Shown here piece by piece: positions 9,273 through 18,884 of a stretch of DNA of 32,000 nt. The notes beneath the pieces are model-generated. The model was not told the DNA's origin. It made no database searches and saw nothing but the letters and a program-made list of their open reading frames with translations. This DNA is from Nanobdella aerobiophila (GTDB lineage: Archaea > Nanobdellota > Nanobdellia > Nanobdellales > Nanobdellaceae). Made by a program: the position numbers and the translations under genes. How positions within the stretch are numbered: position 1 is the stretch's first letter; the number at the start of each line of letters is the position of its first letter. The stretch covers positions 30,001 to 62,000 of the forward strand of contig NZ_AP019769.1 of NCBI RefSeq assembly GCF_023169545.1. Reading direction: 5' to 3'.

Positions 9273-10093
9273 TGAGATCTAATGATACTCTATTTAAGGT
9301 AATATTTGAACTAATATTATTAGTTATAGTTATAATATTAATTGCAGTTTTTATAGAAGCAATTATAGGTATCTCTCAGGGACAAAACATAAAATATGAG
9401 AATTATGCAAAACAAATAATATCAAGTATACAAAATCCAAATACACCACCTATATATATAGATGGATATAATCCCGACTATTTATTTGTCTTTTCTTCTG
9501 TAAATAATTATATATACCTATCATTATATAAATGTAGTTTTGGTATTGGTTCTGGAAATCCACAAGTATTATTATGGAATATTTCTCAATATATATTCTC
9601 TCCAGATTTATCAGGATGTTTTTTAATATATAAAGCTAATACAAGTTTAAATAGTATAGAGATAAATATTATAAATTCAACAGATGTAGCTGCAGGTTTA
9701 ATAACTATTGATAGTATGGATGCAGTTCCATATTATGGGGGGGTTAGTGCAGAAATCCAAAATACTAATCAAGAAATATATATAATCCCAGATGTAGTTA
9801 TTGATTGTACAGATCATGGATGTAGTATGACTAGTCCATATAGTCAATCATTATCTTGTTATATATCAAGTTCTTGTGTAGAAATAGGAGGTTTTCTTAA
9901 TCAGGTAGGACAAGCAAATTCATATTCTAGTTCTGCTATAAATATAGGATACATAAATAATATAAATGTAGGTAATAATCAATTTACTGTTCAGGAGCTT
10001 ACATTAAATCAATTAACCTTAAACTATATATTAAAGATAGAATATACCAGTGGTACGATCAGTTTCTATTATATACCACCAATATCTACTTGA
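9272..10093 (+). CDS. Membrane-anchored surface protein
   Basis: 273 aa; N-terminal TM LILLVIVIILIAVFIEAIIG, Asn/Tyr/Ser-rich ectodomain with several Cys. Confidence 0.75.
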   Translation: MRSNDTLFKVIFELILLVIVIILIAVFIEAIIGISQGQNIKYENYAKQIISSIQNPNTPPIYIDGYNPDYLFVFSSVNNYIYLSLYKCSFGIGSGNPQVLLWNISQYIFSPDLSGCFLIYKANTSLNSIEINIINSTDVAAGLITIDSMDAVPYYGGVSAEIQNTNQEIYIIPDVVIDCTDHGCSMTSPYSQSLSCYISSSCVEIGGFLNQVGQANSYSSSAINIGYINNINVGNNQFTVQELTLNQLTLNYILKIEYTSGTISFYYIPPIST

Positions 10094-10094
10094 T

Positions 10095-11243
10095 ATGGTA
10101 GAGGACATATTAGATGCTTTAGTAGCTAGCATATTTTTAATAATTGTAATATTTATAGGGGTTAATATACCATACTTAGCAGCTAAAATATTTGGAGCTA
10201 ATAATCCTTATGCTGTTTTAGAGACTGCAGGATTTATTACATATGCAACATCCATACCAGGGGGGATTCAAGGATTAATATATATTTCTAGCGGGCCATC
10301 CATAGGTTATGAATTTAGGATTGCTCCACCAATAAATACAGGTTGGGTATTCGGTCAATATAATAATAATGATTTTTTAGTTTCTATAGGTTATTGTGAA
10401 AATCAAAACCTATGGGATCAATTTGGTATGGATTTTTTTAATTCTGTATTGACTGCAATGTTTGCTCAAGTTCCTGCTGCTGATGAAGCAGAAATTGCTT
10501 TAGAAGGCGCAGAGACCTTGGTAGAAGAATCGCCATCAGTTTCTAGTCTAGTTCAAAGTTATTTAAAATCCAGTTCAAAATTATTTGCGAATAGTTTTGC
10601 TGGAAATGAAATATTTGGAACTGCGATAGGATTATATAGATATTTGCAGGATCAAAATTCTGGAGGAATTGGTACAGCACTATATTCATCAGCTATGACT
10701 ATATTACCAACTGCATTAGAGGGCGCTGCTGTAGGTACATTGGAAGTATTGGCTGATAATGCAATTATAGCTGCTACAGGTCCTATAGGTTATGGAATAT
10801 CTATAGGCGTAAATATGATAGTCAACTCAGCAATAACATTATATAATTATGAAAATATTGCTAATAATGATTATGCAAGGTGTTATTATAATGACCAGTT
10901 ATTAAGTAGCGGTCAATATTTTGTATATTATAATTTATTATCCTTACCAGTATTTTATAATCCAGAATTTTCATTAATAAATCAATGCTATTTAGATGCT
11001 AAAAATCCGGGAAATCAGGAAGCAATATATTATGAATATTTATGCAATGGATTTAATAGCAATCAACAAAATCAAACGATATATCAATCAGGATCTCAGT
11101 ATGGATACTACATATTTAAATTAGAATTGGGTGTGGAGTATCAGGGTTATTATTATTATCCGGCTTATTTATCCTTAGATAAGAATAATTTGGATGGTAA
11201 TCATGAAATAAATATAAGTATAATACCCAATAAAATATCATGA
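10095..11243 (+). CDS. Membrane protein of the surface operon, hydrophobic Ala/Gly-rich middle and polar flanks (start reassigned from 10050)
   Basis: In-frame ATG at 10095 (MVEDILDALVASIFLIIVIFIGVNIPYL) lies 1 nt after the previous stop; the track start at 10050 overlaps the upstream gene by 44 nt. Confidence 0.75.
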   Translation: MVEDILDALVASIFLIIVIFIGVNIPYLAAKIFGANNPYAVLETAGFITYATSIPGGIQGLIYISSGPSIGYEFRIAPPINTGWVFGQYNNNDFLVSIGYCENQNLWDQFGMDFFNSVLTAMFAQVPAADEAEIALEGAETLVEESPSVSSLVQSYLKSSSKLFANSFAGNEIFGTAIGLYRYLQDQNSGGIGTALYSSAMTILPTALEGAAVGTLEVLADNAIIAATGPIGYGISIGVNMIVNSAITLYNYENIANNDYARCYYNDQLLSSGQYFVYYNLLSLPVFYNPEFSLINQCYLDAKNPGNQEAIYYEYLCNGFNSNQQNQTIYQSGSQYGYYIFKLELGVEYQGYYYYPAYLSLDKNNLDGNHEINISIIPNKIS

Positions 11244-12259
11244 GATCATTTTCTTTAAAAGATATTGTAGAATATATCATTGGTGCAGTTATAATTATAG
11301 CTGCACTATTATTTATACTAATATATTATGCAATGAATTTAACAGAATCATTTTCACAACAGTCTTATCAGATATTTGTGAATACTTTATTATTAAATAG
11401 ATTGCAATATTGTTTATATGAGGCTACTGGAAATCCTTATTATCTATTCTATGCGCCAAATATTTCTGTATTATATCAATATGATAATCAGATAAGTCAA
11501 TGCTATACAGTACTACAAGGATCTTTTTTAGATTATGTTGCAGAATCTGGTAATTTAACTGCTTTAATTGATCTTAATAGTCAAGTAAAACAAGAAGTAG
11601 CATCCACGGAAAACAGTGTAACTGGGCCAGATTCCTATTTATTGGTCTCTCAGCAGGAATTTCAGCAGTTTTTACTATATTCTAATATAACTTATTTTGG
11701 AGAGCCTTTATATATTTATTATAATATAAATAATGTATCTGCAAGTAGATATTATTTTCCTCAACAATTATTTGACATTTCTACTTATAGATATATATCT
11801 TCAGAAGCTTATTCTGAGATTGATACATCAGCATCTCCTCTTATCTCTTCAATGTCAGATTCAATAATAAATAATTTCTTATATTCGGATATATTCCCAC
11901 CAAAGTTCTCTATTTCTTATAATTCAATACCAGAGAATACTTATAATGAAATAGTAAGTTATTTATCTCAAGCATCCAATAATGAAAGCCAGATAATATA
12001 TAATATAACAAGGTATAATAATACATTTATTGATTTGTATAAAACTTGCTCCCAATATCCGTATGGACTATTTATATATCCATTGAATAGTTATGAAGTT
12101 ACATCGCCAAATTATGATACAGGTAGCATGAGGATTGTAAAAATATATTTTTTAGGTCTTGGTGCAATTAATTATGGTATAATGGGTTGTAATTATACTG
12201 AAGATAATCCAAGTACAGGCCAAATAAATGCCTCTAGCTGTACTATAATTATTCAATGA
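11240..12259 (+). CDS. Membrane-anchored surface protein
   Basis: 339 aa; TM IIGAVIIIAALLFILIYYAM; ATGA overlap with upstream gene. Confidence 0.75.
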   Translation: MRSFSLKDIVEYIIGAVIIIAALLFILIYYAMNLTESFSQQSYQIFVNTLLLNRLQYCLYEATGNPYYLFYAPNISVLYQYDNQISQCYTVLQGSFLDYVAESGNLTALIDLNSQVKQEVASTENSVTGPDSYLLVSQQEFQQFLLYSNITYFGEPLYIYYNINNVSASRYYFPQQLFDISTYRYISSEAYSEIDTSASPLISSMSDSIINNFLYSDIFPPKFSISYNSIPENTYNEIVSYLSQASNNESQIIYNITRYNNTFIDLYKTCSQYPYGLFIYPLNSYEVTSPNYDTGSMRIVKIYFLGLGAINYGIMGCNYTEDNPSTGQINASSCTIIIQ

Positions 12260-12723
12260 AATTTCAAATAGGATTTTTTTTATCTATGCTATTTGTATCT
12301 ATGCTCTTAATATTTTTAGTATTGTATTTAATATATCAAGATACATTACAGCCAGCATCCTTAAATGGAATAGCAACATTACAATTACAAGGGGTAGAAT
12401 ATCAATCCTCAAATGGTTTTCTAGGATCTAATATTTATTTTGATGGAGTATATGTACCAGTAATAGATATATTGAATGGTTATAATATAAATAATAATGC
12501 GAATAGTTATATATATGATCAATTATATAATGATACAATAAATTATTTTCAAGATTCATCTACTTTATTAGCTTTTGATTTAAATAACAATACATTAGGA
12601 GTATGCTATAATATGGACTATGTAAATTATAATATATATATAAATGGTCAAACATATAATCTAGAAGTTTGCCCTCCAACATTATTGGCTGGATATTATT
12701 ATAATATATCTTGTGTACAATGA
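12256..12723 (+). CDS. Membrane-anchored surface protein
   Basis: 155 aa; N-terminal TM, Asn/Tyr-rich ectodomain; ATGA overlaps on both sides. Confidence 0.75.
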   Translation: MKFQIGFFLSMLFVSMLLIFLVLYLIYQDTLQPASLNGIATLQLQGVEYQSSNGFLGSNIYFDGVYVPVIDILNGYNINNNANSYIYDQLYNDTINYFQDSSTLLAFDLNNNTLGVCYNMDYVNYNIYINGQTYNLEVCPPTLLAGYYYNISCVQ

Positions 12724-14198
12724 TTAAATCTTCTTTAGCTTCATTGGTAATTATAATTGGAATAATAATATTGGTAGTATCTGCATTCTATTATTTGAAT
12801 ACAGAACAAACACTAGGATTCCAAAATATGAAATATTTATCCTTAGATTATATAGCTTATCAAAATGGTATATATACATCTTTTGTAGAAATACCTTATT
12901 TGATAAGATATGAGATAAATAATTATATATATTCTATAAGCATATTTTCTAATAATATATATACAAATTTTGATAATTATATATATAGTCGAAATTCTAT
13001 ATATTATAATACCTATTATGATGAATGCTTACCAAATGAAACTTATGCATATGCTTCTTCATCATATAATCCATCAGGATATAATTATCTAAATATTTCC
13101 TATGGTTTATGTTTACCATTATTGACAGTAATAAATATACAAGATAATATATTAGGAAATGAAATAGGTTATAGTATATTAAATGATATAGAAAGTACTG
13201 TAAATAATCAAAATTATATAAAATTATCAGGAGGTGATTATTCTAGTAATCAGATAACTTTAGATATAAATTTTGAATATAGTTATCAATCAATATTCCA
13301 GCATATATTTAATATGCAACTAAATTACTCTTTTATTCCTTATTATATATATTATAATTATATTTCTGGGTATATATATAATAGATCTTTATATAGGATA
13401 ACATATTTTATTCAAAATCCACAAATAGTCGGTAATTATAACGATTATAAAAGCATAGATAATGGAAATCTATTATTATATAGTATAAATTATAATAGTA
13501 ATTCATTGTACTTAGCTGATTTATATTATAATACTTCAAACATTGAGGATCTACAATTACCTGTTCTATGCCAAACAGTAGGTCAAAATGATAATGGAAA
13601 TTGTGTTGTAAACATGTATTATAGGAACCTATGTATAGACTCGGGACAAACAGAAACATTAGCAGAGTACTTAGGCGGAAATACAGTATCTTCATCTCAA
13701 ATATTTAGTGGATATTTTTACAATATAGTATCTACAAATTATATATATAATAATAATAGCATATTACCAGATCTAATTAGTTGCACAGACTATTTAAATG
13801 ACGTTTGTAATTATAATCTATTTAATAATTATACTGTATTTACAGATGGAAATTTCCCAATATTAGTAAATACGACATTAAATGCAGTATATGATAATAT
13901 ATCATGTTCTGTATCTAGTGTTTCTGTTGATATTCCATTTGGATCTGTTAAGGAATGTCTTAAATATATATCTGGAGTAGAAGGTGCAGTTTCTCATTTA
14001 AATTCTCTTGGTATAAAATGCAGTGTAGATTCTGGTTGCGGAACAGGTACTGTAAGAGTAAGTTGTAGTAATTATCCATATATAACATATAATGGAGAAT
14101 TTTCAGTTAATTATGAAAATCTATTTACATTATTTAATATAAATGAAACTATATGCTCTAATAATAATATTATAAATTTTTGTAATGGTTTATCATGA
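12720..14198 (+). CDS. Membrane-anchored surface protein, Tyr/Asn-rich and Cys-containing (start reassigned from 12711)
   Basis: In-frame ATG at 12720 overlaps the upstream TGA (ATGA), giving MIKSSLASLVIIIGIIILVVSAFYYL anchor; long ectodomain ends in a Cys-rich region. Confidence 0.78.
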   Translation: MIKSSLASLVIIIGIIILVVSAFYYLNTEQTLGFQNMKYLSLDYIAYQNGIYTSFVEIPYLIRYEINNYIYSISIFSNNIYTNFDNYIYSRNSIYYNTYYDECLPNETYAYASSSYNPSGYNYLNISYGLCLPLLTVINIQDNILGNEIGYSILNDIESTVNNQNYIKLSGGDYSSNQITLDINFEYSYQSIFQHIFNMQLNYSFIPYYIYYNYISGYIYNRSLYRITYFIQNPQIVGNYNDYKSIDNGNLLLYSINYNSNSLYLADLYYNTSNIEDLQLPVLCQTVGQNDNGNCVVNMYYRNLCIDSGQTETLAEYLGGNTVSSSQIFSGYFYNIVSTNYIYNNNSILPDLISCTDYLNDVCNYNLFNNYTVFTDGNFPILVNTTLNAVYDNISCSVSSVSVDIPFGSVKECLKYISGVEGAVSHLNSLGIKCSVDSGCGTGTVRVSCSNYPYITYNGEFSVNYENLFTLFNINETICSNNNIINFCNGLS

Positions 14199-14766
14199 TA
14201 TCATAGAATTTTTTCATCCTCAATCTTACATTATACAATTTTTTATTGCTCTCATCTATTAATTTTCTAAAATAATGTTCATCAATTAATAATTCTCTAT
14301 TTTCTGATATCAAGGTCTCTATTTTTTCATTTCCCATAATCTCTATCATAACTCTACTATTATTTATTAAAAATATACCAGAATGTTTAAATCCAGCTTT
14401 CCTAGCAATATTTAATATTTCATAAGCCTTATCTATATTTATCGAAGATACATGTAATATAAATGGCTCTTGTTTAAAATAAATTTTTTCTTCATAATTT
14501 TTATATATATCTAGTAATCTATACCATATATAATTAAAGTCTATATAATAATGTGATTTAAATAAAAAATCTGCTTCAAATTTTTTTCCAGATTTTGGAA
14601 TCTTTAGTAATATTATTCTCCCAGCACATGATGACGTAGTAAAATATTCATTTAATGAATTTATGTAATCAATAATATAATATACAGGCTGGTCTACCAA
14701 TTGTTTTTCTTTTGCATATCTTAATTTTTCCATATGATACATTTTTAATTTATTGAAATTATTCAT
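14170..14766 (-). CDS. taw3: tRNA(Phe) wyosine-pathway N4-methyltransferase, TYW3/Taw3 family
   Basis: 198 aa; FTTSSCAGRIILLKIPKSGKK, ILHVSSINIDKAYEILNIARKAGFKHSGI motifs. Confidence 0.88.
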   Translation of the reverse strand: MNNFNKLKMYHMEKLRYAKEKQLVDQPVYYIIDYINSLNEYFTTSSCAGRIILLKIPKSGKKFEADFLFKSHYYIDFNYIWYRLLDIYKNYEEKIYFKQEPFILHVSSINIDKAYEILNIARKAGFKHSGIFLINNSRVMIEIMGNEKIETLISENRELLIDEHYFRKLIDESNKKLYNVRLRMKKFYDIMINHYKNL

Positions 14767-14771
14767 ATTAT

Positions 14772-15230
14772 ATGGATAATGAAAAGATAATATTAAATAT
14801 ATTGTTCATAATATTTATTGTACCTGCATTAGCATTAATATATTATGCATATTCTAATTATTTTAAAGAATCAAGAACAGTTAATCCAGAAAATCCATAT
14901 GGTCTATATATATCAAATTTTATTGTAAATAATAGTACAATAGATATTTCTGTATATAATCCGTCGAATAATAGTATAAGTATATATTTTACTTACTTGG
15001 CATTGAAAAATTCTTATCAATCTTCATCCATTATTACATCATTTTCAGGATATATTTATACCATTAACCCAGATAGTTCTATAGAATTGTCTTATAATTA
15101 TTTAGATGATCAAGATACAAAGGCGGTAATATTACAATGGGAAAAATTAGGCGGATATATATATACTACACTATATTATAGTAATATAAATGATTCAATA
15201 AATGGAATAATAAATTATGAAAAAACTTAA
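14772..15230 (+). CDS. Membrane-anchored surface protein
   Basis: 152 aa; N-terminal TM IILNILFIIFIVPALALIYYAY then Asn/Ser/Tyr-rich beta-like ectodomain. Confidence 0.7.
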   Translation: MDNEKIILNILFIIFIVPALALIYYAYSNYFKESRTVNPENPYGLYISNFIVNNSTIDISVYNPSNNSISIYFTYLALKNSYQSSSIITSFSGYIYTINPDSSIELSYNYLDDQDTKAVILQWEKLGGYIYTTLYYSNINDSINGIINYEKT

Positions 15231-16414
15231 ACCCTATCTAAATCGCTCAATGTATATATCTTTACCTTATTGCTATTCTTTTGTATGGAATCTATACATA
15301 TAATATACTTAACATTTGTATTTCTTTCTATTTTCTCTAATAACTCTCTAGTTAATACACCATCCATCGTTATATATGATATATTGCTATTTTTAAATAT
15401 CATTTCATCTAATTTATCTACTGGTATTTTATTTATCGTATTAAAGTTATCGTCTAATAATAATGCCTGATCAGTTCTAAATATATCTTCCATATAGCTC
15501 TTTAGCTTTTGTAATATAGGATCTTTTATCTTCTTTTCTTCTCTTATATTTTTTATTTCTTCTATTGATCCTTCTAATTTTTCATAATATGCTTTTATTT
15601 GATCAAAGGATATTCTATTCTTTAATGATTTCATAATCTCTTTTCTTGATAGTTCTTCTACTTCCTTTCCTGGTTCTGGTTTTGCTATAAAATCTATATC
15701 TACTCCATTTATCATACATTCTTTTACTAATAAATCTCCACCTCTATCACCATCAAAGAATGTAGTCACTATTTTTTTCTTTGATAATTCTATTACAGTC
15801 TTCGGAACATTTAATCCATTTAATGCTACAACATTTGTTATTCCGTATCTTAATAGATTTAATACATCTGCTCTTCCTTCTACCAATATTATCTCTTCAG
15901 ATCTATCTATATCTGGGCCTGCAGGTAATTTTTCATTACCATAATTTGTTAATGTTTTTATATTTTGTGAATATTCCAGATATAATAGTAATTCTTTTGG
16001 GTCTGGTAGTTCTTCATTTATTAATCTTGTTAATAAATCTCTTGCTCTTTCTAATATATGCTGGACTTTTGTTTTCCTTACATCTTCTATTTTCTGTATT
16101 TTTATTGATGCGTGTGTTGGGCCTATTCTAGTTACTGTTTCAAGTGTGGCAGCAATTAAAGTAGTTTCAAATCTATTTAGGCTTGTAGGTATCTTTATTT
16201 CTCCTACTGTCTTATCATTCTCTATTTTTAGATCTACTTCTATTCTTCCTATTTTTCCAGATCTTTGTAGCTCTCTTAAATCCATTTCTGAACCTAGTAG
16301 GCCTTCTGTTTGTCCAAATACTGCTCCTATTACATCAGGTTTTTCAACGACACCGTCAATGTATACAGACGCATGTATAACATATTTTATGTATGGAGGT
16401 GATATCTTTGCCAT
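15227..16414 (-). CDS. dnaG: Archaeal DnaG-type (TOPRIM) primase-like protein
   Basis: 395 aa; KYVIHASVYIDGVVEKPDVIGAVFGQTEGLLG, EEIILVEGRADVLNLLRYGI, TFFDGDRGGDLLVKE TOPRIM motifs. Confidence 0.95.
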   Translation of the reverse strand: MAKISPPYIKYVIHASVYIDGVVEKPDVIGAVFGQTEGLLGSEMDLRELQRSGKIGRIEVDLKIENDKTVGEIKIPTSLNRFETTLIAATLETVTRIGPTHASIKIQKIEDVRKTKVQHILERARDLLTRLINEELPDPKELLLYLEYSQNIKTLTNYGNEKLPAGPDIDRSEEIILVEGRADVLNLLRYGITNVVALNGLNVPKTVIELSKKKIVTTFFDGDRGGDLLVKECMINGVDIDFIAKPEPGKEVEELSRKEIMKSLKNRISFDQIKAYYEKLEGSIEEIKNIREEKKIKDPILQKLKSYMEDIFRTDQALLLDDNFNTINKIPVDKLDEMIFKNSNISYITMDGVLTRELLEKIERNTNVKYIICIDSIQKNSNKVKIYTLSDLDRV

Positions 16415-16505
16415 TAAACTATATTAAAGAAAAGATATATAATTTATTATAGTATATTGGTTAGTAATAACTTAAATCTATAAATATAGAAAATAATATA
16501 AAATA

Positions 16506-17621
16506 ATGGCAGAAGGAGAAAAAGTAACAATAAGTGTCATAAAAGCAGATACTGGAAGCTTAGTTGGAAACCATATTGTTCCACCAATATTTGAAGAAAC
16601 TGCAGAAGATATATTAGAGGATTCTGTAGATGAAATAATATTAGATTATCATGTAACGCATGTAGGAGATGACATGTCTCTAATATTGTTGCATAATAAG
16701 GGCGAAGATAATCCAGAAGTTCATGGGTTAGCATGGAAAATATTTCAGAAAACTACAAAAATAGCAAAAGATATGGGGTTATATGGTGCCGGTGAAGATT
16801 TATTATCAGAAGATTTTAAAGGAAATATAAAAAATATGGGACCAGGCGTTGCTGAGATGACTATAAATGTTAGACAAACAGAACCAATATTTGTATTTGC
16901 TGCAGATAAGACAGAAGCTGGTGCTTTTAATTATCCATTATTTCAAATGTTTGCTAATCCATTTAATACTCCTGGACTGATAATAGATCCAGCGATGCAT
17001 ATGGGGTTTAAATTTGAAATATGGGACCTAGATAATCATAAAAAGATATATTTATCAGCACCAGAGGATTTATATGATATATTATCATTAATTGGTTCTA
17101 TAAAATATGTAATAAAAAGAATATATCCAAGACAAGGCCATAAAATTCCTGAAAATGAACCAGTAGCAGTAACATCTACAGAAAGGTTAAATGCAGAAGC
17201 TGGTAAATATGTTGGAAAAGATGATCCAGTAATGATTGTTAGATCTCAAAAAGGTCTACCAGCTGCAGGAGAAGTACTAGAAGCATTTTCATTTCCATAT
17301 ATGGTAGATGGCTGGATGAGGGGATTTCATTGGGGTCCACTTATGCCAGTATCTGTAAAGGATGCAAAGGCTACTAGATTTGATGGACCAGCAAGGGTTA
17401 TCTCTTTAGGATTTCAGGTAAAGAATGGAAAATTATATGGACCAGAAGATATGTTTGACGATCCAGCATTTGATCTTACAAGAAATAAAGCAATGGAAAT
17501 AACAGATTATATTAGAAGGCATGGACCATTTGAACCTCACAGAGTGTCGTCAGAATTGGCACAATATACTACTCTACCAAAGATATTAGAAAAATTAAAA
17601 GATAGATTTCAGGATATATAA
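16506..17621 (+). CDS. fbp: Archaeal fructose-1,6-bisphosphate aldolase/phosphatase (class V FBPase)
   Basis: 371 aa; KADTGSLVGNH, THVGDDMSLILLH, GAGEDLLSEDFKGN, GFHWGPLMPVS, RFDGPARVISLGFQ motifs. Confidence 0.96.
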   Translation: MAEGEKVTISVIKADTGSLVGNHIVPPIFEETAEDILEDSVDEIILDYHVTHVGDDMSLILLHNKGEDNPEVHGLAWKIFQKTTKIAKDMGLYGAGEDLLSEDFKGNIKNMGPGVAEMTINVRQTEPIFVFAADKTEAGAFNYPLFQMFANPFNTPGLIIDPAMHMGFKFEIWDLDNHKKIYLSAPEDLYDILSLIGSIKYVIKRIYPRQGHKIPENEPVAVTSTERLNAEAGKYVGKDDPVMIVRSQKGLPAAGEVLEAFSFPYMVDGWMRGFHWGPLMPVSVKDAKATRFDGPARVISLGFQVKNGKLYGPEDMFDDPAFDLTRNKAMEITDYIRRHGPFEPHRVSSELAQYTTLPKILEKLKDRFQDI

Positions 17622-17686
17622 AAGCTTTTATATTTTTTTATTGAATAGTATTATTTTTTAAATATTTCTATATTCTTTATTTATAC

Positions 17687-17989
17687 ATGGGAATGGAATA
17701 TGTATATGCTGTATGGTTATTACACGAGGCAAAGCAAGAAATAAATGCAGATAATATTAAAAAGGTATTATCTTCTGTAGGGCTAGAATCAAATGAAGCA
17801 ATGATAAATGCTATTTTGGCAAGCTTACAAGGAGTAGATCTGGAAAAAGTAAAAGAAGAAGCACTATCGACACCATCTGTAGCAGTTGCACAAGCCCCTA
17901 CTCAAGCTCAAGAAAAGAAAGAAGAGAAAAAAGAAGAAAAGAAAGAAGAGCAGGCATTAGAAGGATTATCCTCATTGTTCGGCTTCTAA
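17687..17989 (+). CDS. rpl12: 50S ribosomal protein L12 (P1 family); first in-frame ATG 17687, alternative ATG 17693
   Basis: YVYAVWLLHEAKQEINADNIKKVLSSVG...; Lys/Glu-rich hinge and C-terminal LSSLFGF. Confidence 0.95.
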   Translation: MGMEYVYAVWLLHEAKQEINADNIKKVLSSVGLESNEAMINAILASLQGVDLEKVKEEALSTPSVAVAQAPTQAQEKKEEKKEEKKEEQALEGLSSLFGF

Positions 17990-18023
17990 GGTTTATAAAT
18001 TTTTAGATGCATTTTTAACTAAA

Positions 18024-18884
18024 GTGAGTGATATCGATAGAACCTACAAAGGGATTTTATCCATAAAGAGAGAATTGATAAGGTTAGGAGAGGAGAAGGA
18101 ACAATTATACTCTAGAAAAAGGACTTTATACAAAGAGAGAAAAGAGCTAATATCAAGATTGAAAGAACTAAGAACAAAAAAAGAAGAGTATAGTGTTGTA
18201 CTAGATAATTTAATGGAAGAAAGACAGAAAACTCTACAAAAATTGGAAGAACTGAAAAATAAATTGAATTCGATAAAACAAGAAAAAAAGGATGTATTCA
18301 AAAATAAAGATATACTAAAAGATATAAATAGGTATAAGAAAGAACTAGAAACACTAGAGTATGTACTGCAAACAGAAATATTATCTTATTCACAGGAAAA
18401 AAAGATATGGAATAGGATAAAATATTTAAGGAAATTATTGGGTAAATATGAGCAATTATCTTCAGTATTAGAGGAGATTGACAAAATAAAAGAAGAATAT
18501 AATGCTTATAAGTCTAAATTATCAATAATTGGTCAAAATATAAGGAAGAATATAGATGAAAGAAAGGTAATAAAGGAGCAATTAAAATCTGTAAAAGAGA
18601 AGTTATTAGGACTAATTTCAGAATATAATTCTTTAAAACAGCAAATTATGGAAACGAAGGATAAAATAAAATCTTTAGAAGATAAATTAAGAGAACAATT
18701 AGAAGTTTATCTAAATCAATTATCACAAAAACCAAGATTAGAAGTTTCTGGAGAAGAAAAGACAAAGATATTGGATGAGTATTCTAGGATACAAGAAAAA
18801 ATAGTTAATGGTGGAGAATTATCCATGGATGATATATTAGTTATGCAAAAATATGAATTATTAAAGAAAAAAGGTGCAATCTGA
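18024..18884 (+). CDS. Archaeal coiled-coil protein (COG1340-like)
   Basis: 286 aa almost entirely heptad-like Lys/Glu/Leu; GTG start; located between rpl12 and alaS. Confidence 0.75.
   Translation: MSDIDRTYKGILSIKRELIRLGEEKEQLYSRKRTLYKERKELISRLKELRTKKEEYSVVLDNLMEERQKTLQKLEELKNKLNSIKQEKKDVFKNKDILKDINRYKKELETLEYVLQTEILSYSQEKKIWNRIKYLRKLLGKYEQLSSVLEEIDKIKEEYNAYKSKLSIIGQNIRKNIDERKVIKEQLKSVKEKLLGLISEYNSLKQQIMETKDKIKSLEDKLREQLEVYLNQLSQKPRLEVSGEEKTKILDEYSRIQEKIVNGGELSMDDILVMQKYELLKKKGAI

Noticed and set aside
3944-13695. Track ORFs 3944-4189 (-), 4611-4802 (-), 8789-8974 (-) and 13408-13695 (-)
   Set aside because: Antisense to surface-protein genes that form a consistent overlapping chain on the plus strand.
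4029-14198. Surface island considered as an integrated virus or plasmid
   Set aside because: No capsid, terminase, replication, integrase or transposase gene recognised; flanks are core genes and no att-like duplication was seen. Not excluded, but unsupported.
15270-16734. Track ORFs 15270-15470 (+), 15781-16131 (+), 16146-16427 (+) and 16537-16734 (-)
   Set aside because: Antisense to the confident dnaG and FBP aldolase/phosphatase genes; Leu/Ile/Phe-rich translations are typical of antisense strands in AT-rich DNA.
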